Below are positions 35,833 through 46,923 of a stretch of DNA of 64,000 nucleotides, piece by piece (position 1 is the stretch's first letter; each line of letters opens with the position of its first letter). Source of the DNA: Eledone cirrhosa. Taxonomy: Eukaryota. The translations under genes were made by a program, and so were the position numbers. The stretch spans positions 95,232,001 to 95,296,000 of the forward strand of contig OZ024744.1 of assembly GCA_964016885.1 (NCBI GenBank), written 5' to 3'. The notes below the pieces were generated by a model that saw only the letters and a list, made by a program, of their open reading frames with translations, did not search any database and was not told the DNA's origin.

Positions 35833-35925
35833 CACTGATGATGATGATGATATTTAAAAGTTTTGCTGCTTGAATTTATTCAAAATATAGTGTGAGCATA
35901 AAGTCTTAGCTTTTTTGTTTCATAG

Positions 35926-36062
35926 ATGCCATTTCGTTATTGAAAATTAAAACTACTTCCCATAGAAGAGAACATGTAAAACATGTTCAGAAAAACTTGA
36001 AACTTGAGATTTATAAATTAAAATAATGAAATAGTAAAATCTCAAATAGTATCTGAGATATG
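35926..36062 (+). pseudogene. Putative exon A of an unidentified host gene (phase 1-0), with three in-frame stops
   Basis: tttgtttcatag acceptor and ATG|gtattt donor. Reads AISLLKIK...EIYKLK**NSKISNSI*DM. Its phase matches exon B. Confidence 0.45.
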
Positions 36063-36483
36063 GTATTTTATAATCAGCGAAAGGCTTGAAATATAACAAC
36101 CATTGTTGCCGGAATTTATTCAAAATATATTAAAATATATTTAACAAACTTTGTTGTTGTTTGAATTTATTCAAAATATATTCAAGAGCTTTTGTTGTTT
36201 GAATTTATTCAAAATATATTTAACAACCTTTGTTGTTTGAATTTATTCAAAATATATTCAAGAGCTTTTGTTGCCTGAACTTGAATTTAGTCCCCTGGTA
36301 TTTCAAACACAAATTTGAACAATTGTCACACTGTCTTGGATTATAATGAACTGAACATAAATCTTGCTCCTGTTCCACCATGCTCTTTTTGTATAGTCTG
36401 GTACGTTTATCAAGAATAACAACTGGCAATTGAATTCCTTAATATTTATTTTTCCCAATGGAAACTCTTATTTGTCTCCTAAG

Positions 36484-36654
36484 GATCGAGAAGAGGATTT
36501 TGACAACCCAATGATTAGCTTTATTTGTAATCTTGCACAGACATGTCTGAAGCTATTCCCCACTGTTGACATGAAGATAATTTGTATAGCTTGCTTGCAA
36601 AAGTAGTTCCATTTTAACGAAAGTCCAATGTTAACAAAAGACTTTGCTTTGAGG
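36484..36654 (+). pseudogene. Putative exon B (phase 0-0, 57 codons) with one in-frame TAG at 36604
   Basis: tttgtctcctaag acceptor and strong AGG|gtgagt donor. Reads DREEDFDNPMISFICNLAQTCLKLFP...LQK*FHFNESPMLTKDFALR. Confidence 0.6.
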
Positions 36655-37974
36655 GTGAGTGGTGTGTGGTGATTGTAGTGTGTCTGTGTGTGTTTTACAT
36701 ATAAACACTATTTATATAATAAATGTGATTTACAAAAGAAACAAATCAATAAAAATTAGACAATGTGGAGGGGGATGAAAGAAGAAATGCCCACTCAGTT
36801 ACATACAACAGGAAATGCTGGTTTTGTCCCCCTCAAAATGTTTGAGGCAACCTAAAATACTCACAGAATTTCTGCTTTTGCTGGTAGCAAAGTTAAGGTG
36901 TTGGAATAGTCAAGCATTGCCCCCTCAAAATGTTTGAGGCAATCCAAAACACTCACAGAATTCCTGCTGCTGTTGGTGGTAGCAAAGTTAAGGGGGGTTG
37001 GAATAGTCAAACACCCTCACGTGTATCATCTGATACTTCAGGCTGATATATGTAATGTACCAATAAATCCTAGTATTTCAAGTAGTTCATTCTGTTCAGT
37101 GTCTCCAAGCCTTCAGGCGCTAAAGGACTTTTGGAGCTGAAGTTCCTTCAATAATGTGGAAACTTGTTGAATGATCTTGTTAGTTAAAAAATTATGTCAG
37201 AGATAATTTAAAATAATTAGTTTCAATATATTTGTGCTTTGGTTTTTACTACACTGATTTTCTATTGACTCTAAATATGTTAGTATTATCATATTATTAA
37301 TTTTTTTCTTAGTCTCATATTGGTGACAAAAATGTGTGAGCTAATAGTAATAGTACACATTATCACCATTATCATCATCATCGTTTTTATGTCCAGTTTT
37401 TTTTCATGCTTGCATGGGTTTGATGGGACCTTGTCAGCACGGCATATCTCCACATGTTTCGATCCTTTGCCATCGCCTCTGTGAGTCTCAGTGATTTATG
37501 GTCGGCTCTCTCAACCTCTGCTTAGGACTTTCTTGGTGTACCTCTACTGTGGGTTGCTGCAACTGGGATTTCCTGGCACTTCTTAACCCAACAATCATTG
37601 TCCATGTGCGTCACATGTCCATACCAACATAGTCTTCTTTCCTACAAACCACCTTGGATTCCTGCCTTTCTCTCACATTTACATTGGACATTCAACGGAG
37701 CACGGTTGCTTCATTTCTCTCATGCAGTATATATACGTAAGAAATTTGCCAATCTCAAAACTGTAGTGGAAGCTCTGCCCCCCCCCCCCCCCCCCCCCAC
37801 ATCCACTGCAGTATCTAGAATGTGAGAAGGAGCAAAAGAGTTACTGATAGTGGCATCTCTTATGAAGCAAAGGGTAAGACCATGAAGCCTCTTCCGTGGA
37901 CAATCCAGCTGACTCCAGAATCAAGGGGATATTGACTTTGACTAGGGCTCATTTTATTATTAGGTTGAACTCAG

Positions 37975-38180
37975 GACGGTGAATTGGCAGAATCATTAGA
38001 GTGTTGTATAAAATGTGTTGTGGCATTTGTTCCTGCTCTTTACATTCTCATTTCAAATCCTGCTGAGGTCAACTTCACCTTTCAACTTTCTGTGTGTGTG
38101 TGCATTAGGAGGGGTGGATAAAATATGGTACCAGTCAAATACTGGAGTTAATGTAATCGATTTTTTCCTCCCCAGGAATT
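37975..38180 (+). mobile_element. SINE family A, degenerate (another at about 43770-43945)
   Basis: ggtgaattggcagaatcattagag...ttcaaatcctgctgaggtcaac...gataaaata. Confidence 0.6.
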
Positions 38181-38184
38181 GCAG

Positions 38185-38640
38185 TGGAGCAGTGTGGCCT
38201 AGTGGTAAGGGTGTTGGACTTACAATCATAATGTTATGAGTTCGATTCTTGGACTGGGTTGTGTGCTGGGTTCTTAAGCAAAAGACTCCATTTCCTGTTG
38301 TTCCAGTATATGCAGAGGAGGTGTGTGGCCTAGTGGTAAGGGTGTTGGACTTATGATCATTATGTTGTGGGTTCAATTCCAGGACAAGGTTGTGTGTTAT
38401 GTTGTGTTCTTGAGAAAAATGCTTAATATCACATTACTTCAGTATACTTGGCTGAAAATGAGTACCAGAAATAGTTGGTGAGGGGGGGGGGGGGGGGGGG
38501 AGGTTAACTCTGCTACAGACCTGGCATCCTGTCTGCAGGCAGGGGGTCTTGTACTTTTAGTCACATCACGCCATGGAAACTAGGATAAGCACCGGCCTGA
38601 TGAGCTTCCTGACTTGAGAGAGAATTTAGACCTTTAGGGT
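38185..38640 (+). mobile_element. tRNA-derived SINE with duplicated head and a MetaSINE/V-SINE-like body
   Basis: Two heads gtgtggcctagtggtaagggtgttggac; body ggaaactaggataagcaccggcctgatgagc. The family assignment is from recall. Confidence 0.65.
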
Positions 38641-38717
38641 CTCTTTAATAAATAGTATATCTACACAAGTTGTTGTCATGCTGCTTACATTGAGTATTTG
38701 TTCACAAACTTTTTCAG

Positions 38718-39140
38718 GTAATTGATTCAGTAGAGTCAAGCCACAATTCATGGAAGGGCCTGAAGATCGCCGTTAAAGCTCGTCTGGCTCGCAGGCACCT
38801 TCCTCGGCTGGACGGAGACGGTTTAGTCGACTATGCTGTGTCAACGCCATCCTCAGCTGCCGCACAAAGGAAAATTACAGGGGACACACAGAACGCCGAC
38901 ATCGAATGGATTCTAGCAGCTGCCAGCGGCGGCAGTAGCTCAGCTCGGCATGAATCAGTAGAGAACGACAATGTTTCTGTTAATGAAAGCCCATCAGCAT
39001 CATCTCCGGACGATTACCCAGTAGTTACCAAGCGGTTCCTCAGTGCTGGCAAGGGTAAAAACAAACTGCCTTGGGAAGGTGATGAGAGAAACCAGCAAAA
39101 TAAATTGTATGATGACTTACCTTCAACTGCACCTACACAG
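38718..39140 (+). CDS. Exon C of the unidentified host gene (phase 0-0, 141 codons, open)
   Basis: tttttcag acceptor, CAG|gtaagt donor, GC-rich. Reads VIDSVESSHNSWKGLKIAVKARLARRHLP...DDLPSTAPTQ. Confidence 0.75.
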
Positions 39141-39299
39141 GTAAGTTAATTTATATTTTTTAACAGAAGAAATAAAAAGGTGTTTTGTTTTTTCAACATT
39201 TAAATGATGACATCTTGGGTGTTCTGGTAGAATATAGTATATCTTATTTAAGTATTCAAATATCCTAAAAGTTTTTCTTTTTAATTCATCTACGTCTTT

Positions 39300-39620
39300 G
39301 TCATTGTTGTTTGCTGTTGTTGTTGTTGCTGCTGCTGCTGCTGCTGCTGTTGCTGCTGTTTGCTGCTGTTGCTGTTGTTGTTGTTGCTGTTGCTATCATC
39401 ATCGTTGTTGGTTGCGGTGGTGTTGTTGTTGCTACTCTTGTTGTTCTATAGTGTGCCTGTTTGTTCATACCCACTGTTGTAGTTGTTGTTGTTGTCACTG
39501 TCATCGTTGTTGATTGATTGTGGTGGTGGTCATGGTTTTGTTGTTGCTGTTGTTGTTCTATAGTCTGCCTGTATGTTCATACTCACTGTTGTTATTGTTG
39601 TTGTTGTCACTGTCGTCGTC
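39300..39620. repeat. (GTT/GCT)n low-complexity tract
   Basis: Direct reading of the sequence. Confidence 0.85.
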
Positions 39621-39639
39621 AATATCTAGTGTGTTTGTA

Positions 39640-40826
39640 CGAAGTGCAGCTGAAAAGTTCATAGGCTGACTAAGATACTCTCATGGAATATTATAACCAA
39701 ATGAGGTTTATTTTTCAAAAGTCACCCTTGTGATTCACACACTTCCTCCATGGGTGTTGCAGTGCTTGGATCATAAGTGTTTTTTCATGTTGAAGAACAT
39801 GATATTCACATGGAGCCAAATCAAGAGAACAGAGAGTGTAATCAACCAGTTCAAAGCCACAGTCATCCACAGTCATTCACAGCTGCCATTGAAACCAAGG
39901 ACTTGTATACTGGAGCATTGTCCTGATGAAACAAGACCACTTTCATCAGTTATCCTGGGTGTTTGGACTTGATAGCTTTTGGTAACTGCCTCAGCAAGTA
40001 CTCTCCATTGATGGTGTGGCCCTTTTGAAGATAGTCAATAAACACAATGCCTTTAGCATCCCCAAAACTGAAGCCATCACTTGATGATGAAACAACCTTG
40101 ATTTTCTTTGGAGCAGGTAAAGAGGGTTGTTTCCACTGCATGGATTGTCTCTTTGTCTCTGACTGAAAGTGATAAATCCACCACACATCCTGGGTTAGGA
40201 ACTATTCAAAGAAACCAGTAGGATCTGCCTCGAACAATATAAGATTTTCCCATGATGTTATCAATCTGGTGTGCTTTTGATCAGGTGTCAGAAGACATGG
40301 CACCCACTGAGAAGAAACTTTTGTCATGCCAAGTTCATTGTGCAGAATATTCTCAACTCTCTCACAAGATATGCTAATAGCATTGGCTATTTGATTTATA
40401 GCCAATCACCTGTCATCCATCACGATCAATGTTTTCCTTAGTGGTGGCAATTGCAAGACATTCAGACCTTGGGTAATTTTCAAGACTCGTTTCTCCTCCT
40501 TAAATTCAGCTGCTCACTTTTGCACTGTTGATAAAGCTGGAAAGTCCTCCCCCTGATGTAGCAACCATATCAGCCTGAATGTCCTTGGAAGCTAAACGCC
40601 TTTTCCTGTGGCATTTGATAACACCACAATGACAAATTTTGTCCAATTTCAAGAGAAGTCGCTACTAGATACTTTTGAAGTCTTCTTTGAACAATCAGAT
40701 GTCAGTTTACCTGGAAAGAAACAATGCAGTTATTAATAATAAAAGATGAAATTAATGCATGCAAGATTTTACAGCTTTAGCATCACTCCTTCATAGTCAG
40801 CCTATGAACTTTTGAGCCCACATTCA
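39640..40826 (-). mobile_element. Mariner transposon, full length, with decayed transposase
   Basis: TIRs of about 33 bp (aaaagttcataggctgacta) with TA flanks. Motifs WVPCLLT, ETKRQSMQW, FHQDNAP and DLAP. Confidence 0.92.
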
Positions 40827-41099
40827 TATGTTGATAGCAACATTTTTGTTGATAAATGAAATTCGATTTTTATTTTATTTTTATTTTATTTTTATTTTAT
40901 TTTTATTTTATTTTTATTTTATTTTTATTTTATTTTTATTTTATTTTTATTTTATTTATCTATTTATATTTTTGTGTGTGCAAAATGTTTCTTATAGGAG
41001 CTTTGAGATACACAAGTGAAAAGTTTTGTTTATAAATGTTTATAAATAAATACACAAACAAAATTAAAGATTTTGTTGTAACCAATTTCTCAGTGTGAG

Positions 41100-41770
41100 T
41101 GTTTGAGGTCTGTGAAAAACATACACCAGGTCCTAATGCAAAGGAACCAAACTCCCACTGTCAGTGCCTCCATCTCTTTGACTCTCCCTATCTCTCACTA
41201 TTGTGAGAAAATGGGAGCCCACACGCTGACTGCCCTGCGGCCTGGCCGACAGAATAGAGAAGGTGTTTCCCCGGAGGATGGTGAAGCAAACACGCTAGAA
41301 GAGCCATTGCAGCTTGGAAGGTTCATACTTATGGGTAGCCAACTCTGTTCCAATGGTGGTGAGTAGGGAGGTGGTCCTAGGGCCAAGGACACCAGAAGAC
41401 TCCACTACTACGGGCTCGACTGCAAACCTGTCAGAGAGCAACCGATATTTGGAGAGTTTACCCTCTTCAGCCCAAAGTGCAGCAGAGCCTGGGTTAGTCA
41501 AAGGTTGCACCAGGTTGCCACTGGAGAATGTGTTGCTGCATGTGGCATCCCAGATGAAGGTTTACCATTGTGGAGCGGGAACACAGTCATGCTGTGTGGC
41601 CTTTTGCAGTCCCATCAGTCCAGCCCTGCCATCTCAAGCTGGGAGGGGAAGCCTGCAGCATCCAAGCCATGCTTTATGACCTCGTTGAGGGCAGCATGGT
41701 GTGGAAGGCAGCCGGCACTGTAGCGACAGGACAGTGGGCGGAGGCCGAAAGAGTCTGCGGTTGATCTGCA
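41100..41770 (-). mobile_element. CRE-type non-LTR retrotransposon 3' fragment (RLE domain)
   Basis: HHAALNEVIKHGLDAAGFPS, AEEGKLSKY, EPVVVESSGVLG, ILRGN. Confidence 0.75.
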
Positions 41771-42086
41771 GCTCTGTCATATCTTTCTGTAGCCACTCAA
41801 GCTATCTGATATTTTGAAATTTTGTTTATAAATAAATATTTTTTTGCATGTTTGTTTTATGTCTTAAATCCTGATGGAGTCGTAGGGGTACCATATTGTT
41901 ATACAGTATTTTGGGGGGCATTTTTTTAAGCCTGGCAGAGCCTGACCTTCTCCAGGCCTAAATAAATAAAGGATTGAAATTAAAGGTTTTGTTCATAGTT
42001 CTTGTCTCTCGTTTCTCTGTAGCCACTGAAGTTATCTGAGGTTTTTGTTTATAAATAAATATAACTAATTTCTTAATTCTTTGTAG

Positions 42087-42207
42087 CCAGTTAAACTATC
42101 TGATGTTGGTAGCCATAAATCAGCAGGCTTCTCTGGATCTGATGCCGAAAAGCTAAAACTTAAAAAGCCAGCTTTTATTGGTTCGAAAGAAGATTCCTCT
42201 GATCTAG
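42087..42207 (+). CDS. Exon D (phase 0-1, open)
   Basis: ttctttgtag acceptor and G|gtaatt donor. Reads PVKLSDVGSHKSAGFSGSDAEKLKLKKPAFIGSKEDSSDL. Confidence 0.7.
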
Positions 42208-42214
42208 GTAATTG

Positions 42215-42251
<37 letters not shown>

Positions 42252-42400
42252 CTTACACACACACACACAGACACATATGCATATACACACGCAATCACAT
42301 ATACATACACACACGGACATAGACATACACATATACACTCGTTCACATACACACATACGCTCAGTTACATACACACTCAAACATAGATATATATGTGTTC

Positions 42401-42478
<78 letters not shown>

Positions 42479-42482
42479 ATAA

Positions 42483-42517
<35 letters not shown>

Positions 42518-42944
42518 CACACAGATACAAGTACACATTTGAAAAACAGTTGAATGTAGTTACTGCACTCCAATCTCAGAGAGTTGTGAGTTATGTCCCC
42601 TTACATAAATTATTTTGATTGTATCTTTAGATATCATTAACTGTTTTAAAACTCCACAAACAAACAACGATAACAAACAAACAAACAACAACCCCAACAA
42701 TAACAAATAATAACAACAACAACTAACAACAAACCAAACTACCACAATATCAACTACAATAACAAATAACAACACCAAACAACAACAACAATAACAAATA
42801 ACAACACCAATAACAACAACAATAAAAATAACAACAACACCTAACAACAACACCAATAACAACACCAACAACAAACAACCACAACAACAACAACAACAAC
42901 AAACAACATTAGTGATGCAACTAAAATAAAATGTTTTCAATCAA

Positions 42945-43470
42945 AAGGAAGGACCCTTCAGTTGTGTCAAGGACTTGATAACCTCCTTAGAGCTGGTGAT
43001 CTGTACAATAAATACGCCCAGTACACTCTGTAATGGGGTTGGTGATAGGAAGGGCATCCAGCCATAGAAAGATTGTCAAAGAAAGGTTTAGAAGGACCTT
43101 CCAGTTGTGTCAAAGACATGACAACCTCCTTAGAGTTGGTGATCTACTCAATAAATACACCCAGTACACTCTGTAATGTGGTTGGTGATAGGAAGGGCAT
43201 CCAGCTGTAGAAAACTTACCAAATAAAGGTTTGTGAGGAGTCCTCAGTTGTGTCAAAGACATGACAACCTCTCTTGTGCTAGTGCCATGATAAAATGCAC
43301 TTTGTAGAGTGTGTTGGGGTATGTAAATGAGATGCAGGCCTTCAGTCCATCTTAGAAGTCTGAGACTCCGCTTGAATGTTGACTCAGTTTGTGAAAACCT
43401 GTCTAGCAAGACCTTGCTAGCTAGCAAGAAAATGGATACTAAATGATGATGGTTATGATGATGATCATCA
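42945..43470 (+). mobile_element. Tandemly duplicated SINE/RTE-UTR module with (GAT)n tail
   Basis: Two to three copies of a ~138-bp unit containing ggttggtgataggaagggcatccagc. Confidence 0.65.
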
Positions 43471-44029
43471 TAATCATTTAACATCTGTCGTCTCTAGGTA
43501 ATCACAGACCGACTGAGTACTTAATTGGAAACATGTGGTCTCTCAGATGAGCTAAGGTTGCATATCAATTACATAATTTCCTGCATTTTACAGAGTGCAC
43601 TGGGTGCATTTTATCATGGCACCGACACTGTGGAGGTCATCATGTATTTTGACACAGCTGATATATGTCTCATGCACACACACACACACATGAAGACACA
43701 CACACACATGCTTGCGCATACACACACACACACACACGCACACACATATTTATGTAAGAGAGTGTTATAGGTTTTGCTTGAAGCATTGTTAAAGCATTGA
43801 AAAAGTGTTATGAGTTCAAATCCCACCAAGGTTAGCTTTGCCTTTCATCCTTACAGGGTCGATAAAATAAAGTACCAGTAATGCACTGGGATTGATTTAA
43901 TCAACTTTCCCCCAAATTGTTGGCCTTGTGCCTAAATCAAAAACTACTCTTTCGCTGTAGCCTTCTAATAAAATACACTATTATAAATGTGTGTGTGTGT
44001 GTCTATATGCATATGTATGTCTGTGTATG

Positions 44030-44072
<43 letters not shown>

Positions 44073-44155
44073 ATAATAATAAATTTGAAGACTAAAATCC
44101 AAAGAGGGCTCGATAAGGATCAATATATATCAAATATATAAGGACCGTAGAGCAA

Positions 44156-44292
44156 ATATTTATTAAAATAACAGATTAAAGTTTAAGCAAAGAATCGCTG
44201 CTTTCACCCTTAACGGGATCTTCTGAAGGTCCCGTTAAGGGTGAAAGCAGCGATTCTTTGCTTAAACTTTAATCTGTTATTTTAATAAATAT
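44156..44292. repeat. 137-bp palindrome centred on a hammerhead-like core
   Basis: Arms mirror around 44224 with one G-T mismatch; contains ctgaag(g/a)t-ccc gttaa ggg-t-gaaa. Confidence 0.8.
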
Positions 44293-44322
44293 ATGTATAT
44301 ACCCCAACACACTCTACATATA

Positions 44323-44660
44323 TGGAGGTACATGGCTTAGTGGTTAGAGCATTGGCCTTGCAATCGAAAGGTTGTGAGTTCAATTCTCAGACTGAGTGAT
44401 GTGTTGTTTCCTTGAGTAAGACACTTTATTTCACATTGCTCCAGTTTACTCAGCTGTAGAAATGAGATGATAGGGACTGGGGTCCCTATCATTCCACTGT
44501 AAAGTGGACGTGTAGGTGCCACGGCAAAAAAGCACTCAGCACTCACTGTAAATGAGGTTGGTGTTAGGAAGGGCATCCAGCTGTAGAAATCAAGCCAGAA
44601 TCAGTTCCCATCCCACCCTTGCAAGCAGGGAAAAGCAGACGTAAAATGAAATGATGATAT
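44323..44660 (+). mobile_element. SINE family B
   Basis: Colinear with 11993-12343. Confidence 0.85.
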
Positions 44661-44722
44661 ATATATATATGTATGTATGAATATATATGTGTGTGTGTAT
44701 GTATGTATGTATGAATATGTGT

Positions 44723-45360
44723 ATGTTATCTCTTTCTCTTAATTTCGAGTATATTTTTTGACCGGCCACCTTCCTGGTGGCAAGGTTGTAAAAGAAAAGA
44801 AATTGTCATCCCTTGAATCGCAAGAATGTTTTGTAAATTTTGAAGGTGCCAGCTATCGCAGCCATTTGTAAACTATGAATTAGGGAGCTGCGCTCTTTGT
44901 CCGCAAATCCAAGTTCAGTCATACTTTGGTCCAAGCGGGTTGGTATATAACCCGTAGCTCCAATAATGATGGGTATGAAGCTAAAGGTGTATCTTGGATA
45001 CTGGATTTGTAAACTCCTCATCAATGGTCCGTAGATGTCCTCCTTCTCCTGTATTTTTCTGACAACGTTTACCACAAGTGGGCAGCTGATCTCCACAACA
45101 GAACCCGTTTTCAATGTGTGGTCCCAAACAACAATATCAGGCCGGTTGTGCTTTAATTTGGTGGCAGTTTTTATTTTCAGGTCCCACCAGTATTCCTTAG
45201 TGCCATCTGTCTCAATATATTCTTCCTCGTTTGTTGTTAATTTTGTTTTCCGAAGTGCGTTCCAGATGGTTCTAGCTATCCCATCGTGTCTCATAGGGAG
45301 GTAGTAGCGAGATGACATTCTTTCGCAGCTGGCAACAATGTGGCTTGCATCTTCGATCTG
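44723..45360 (-). mobile_element. R4/Dong-like RLE LINE 3' fragment with a 19-bp target-site duplication
   Basis: ORF 44806-45318 has RHD, RPDIVVWD, VEISCP and IPIIIGATG. tgtatgtatgaatatgtgt is duplicated at 44704-44722 and 45361-45379. Confidence 0.85.
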
Positions 45361-45429
45361 TGTATGTATGAATATGTGTGTGTATGTATATATGTATGTA
45401 TGTATATATGTATGTATGTATATATGTAT

Positions 45430-46045
45430 GTCAGGTCACCAGTTGGTGCTACTGGTAACATGTATCCCAGTACAACCTGTCTCATGGTCGGGTCGTTGGC
45501 GACTAAACTGGCAACCTCACCAAGGTTTCTTGGTGAGGAGGGTGACTTTAGACATCCTGCAGGACTAAAAACAAAACCTGTCAAAGGGCAAAGGAGCTCT
45601 TAAGAGTCAATGGCCATCCAAAATGACCGGGAGAGATGACCCATTAGCCTTTGTCAAGGCAGAATTCTAGGAGAAGGAAAACTCTGATATAACACCTGCA
45701 ACCCTGATGGTATCCAATGATGTTGACTTGTTCTTATTTTTGGTAAATATCATCTTGGTTAAGACAGTGGGACTGGCTTTGTGCAGTGCCTTTGCTCACT
45801 ATAAAAGCTTCACGGCACAGGCATTGCTTTATATCTGGAGATCTCTCTGCACTTGTCCTTACATGGTACCATGGGCCCAGCACTATGTGTCAATAATTGT
45901 CACAAGTGTAGTGTTTGCACCAGAGTTTTCAAGTCGCTGGCTGGACTAAAAAGTCACACTCGTCCATCGGTGGGGGTTCTCCTACATGGATATAAAGTAG
46001 TGGCCATACTCAAAAACGAGTTGGCAGCCACCATATATGTATGTA
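45430..46045 (+). mobile_element. Bipartite non-autonomous RTE derivative (5' UTR joined to the 3' end)
   Basis: The RTE 5' UTR motif ctaggagaaggaaaactctga is joined to the terminal finger HKCSVCTRVFKSLAGLKSHTR and a tail like that at 46510-46560. Confidence 0.65.
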
Positions 46046-46570
46046 CTTTGGCTTACACTGGAATTTCATCTGTTGAACGGGAGAAGGAGTGAGTGAAGTG
46101 GAGACGTTTGATCAAGTCAGGTAGTGAACACCTTGAAACTCGTCGGAGAGAACACCTAACACTGAAAAGGAAGGTGAGGAAAAGAGACTGCCCTGAACTG
46201 CTTGCTGTTGAGTGTCATCTGGTTTGCCAGCACTGTAGTCGAGTCTGCCTGAATAAAGCTGGTTTGACTAGACATGAACAAAGTCATATCAGTAGATCTC
46301 ATGTAGATTATGATCTGAAAAGGTGTAAGGAATGTTGCAAGGAATGTGCTAGCATGGGAGGGCTTAGAAGACACATGAGAACACACAGTCAGAACCAAAC
46401 AGTGGAAAGTCCCAGAGGAGCCTTCAGTTACCATGTGTATGCCAGAGGGTGCAAGTCTTTGGCTTGTTTAAAGAGCCACATTCAGGCCTCACATTTTTTA
46501 GCATTTTATCAGGCGATGGCAATGCTCGAACATGAGTTTGCAGCCATTATGTATGCATGTATGTGTGTAT
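46046..46570 (+). mobile_element. RTE LINE 3' fragment with three tandem C2H2-type fingers
   Basis: WRRLIKSG...E.RR...KRK.RK RTE helix, then CQHC...HEQSH, CKEC...HMRTH and a decayed third finger; (tatg)n tail. Confidence 0.7.
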
Positions 46571-46836
46571 GTGTGTATATATATATATATAGAGCATGAT
46601 TAATAAAACAGGTAGACATCATAAAAAGGTAATTTATTCCAAGTGTTTACAAATGTTTCTTTAGTAGTTACACAGCCTAGTCATGCTATATGCAAATTGG
46701 TAGTTATTAATTTACAGATACTCAATTTTCAAATGTTGTTCACACCACCAAATCTTCAGAAATTAATCATTACTGCATTCAGGATAATCTAAACATTTCT
46801 TGCATAACCTAATATATATATATGGATATTTTTTAG

Positions 46837-46923
46837 ATTCCAAAGACAATGCATTTTGGGCAAGTAGTAAAAACCATGAAGATTTGACCAAACATTCAAG
46901 ATCAAAGTTATCTCCAATTAATA
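46837..46923 (+). CDS. Exon E (phase 1-1, open)
   Basis: ttttttag acceptor and A|gtgagt donor. Reads (D)SKDNAFWASSKNHEDLTKHSRSKLSPIN; its phase fits exon D. Confidence 0.7.

Noticed and set aside
36247-36429. Minus-strand 60-aa ORF between exons A and B
   Set aside because: No motif or splice support, and it partly overlaps a ~38-bp degenerate tandem repeat (36100-36270).
38570-38615. Hammerhead from GAAAC...CTGATGA
   Set aside because: No UH triplet or stem I/III pairing fits; it is part of a SINE body.
46093-46599. Host Kruppel-type zinc-finger gene
   Set aside because: No TGEKP linkers; preceded by an RTE helix motif and followed by an RTE-type tail.
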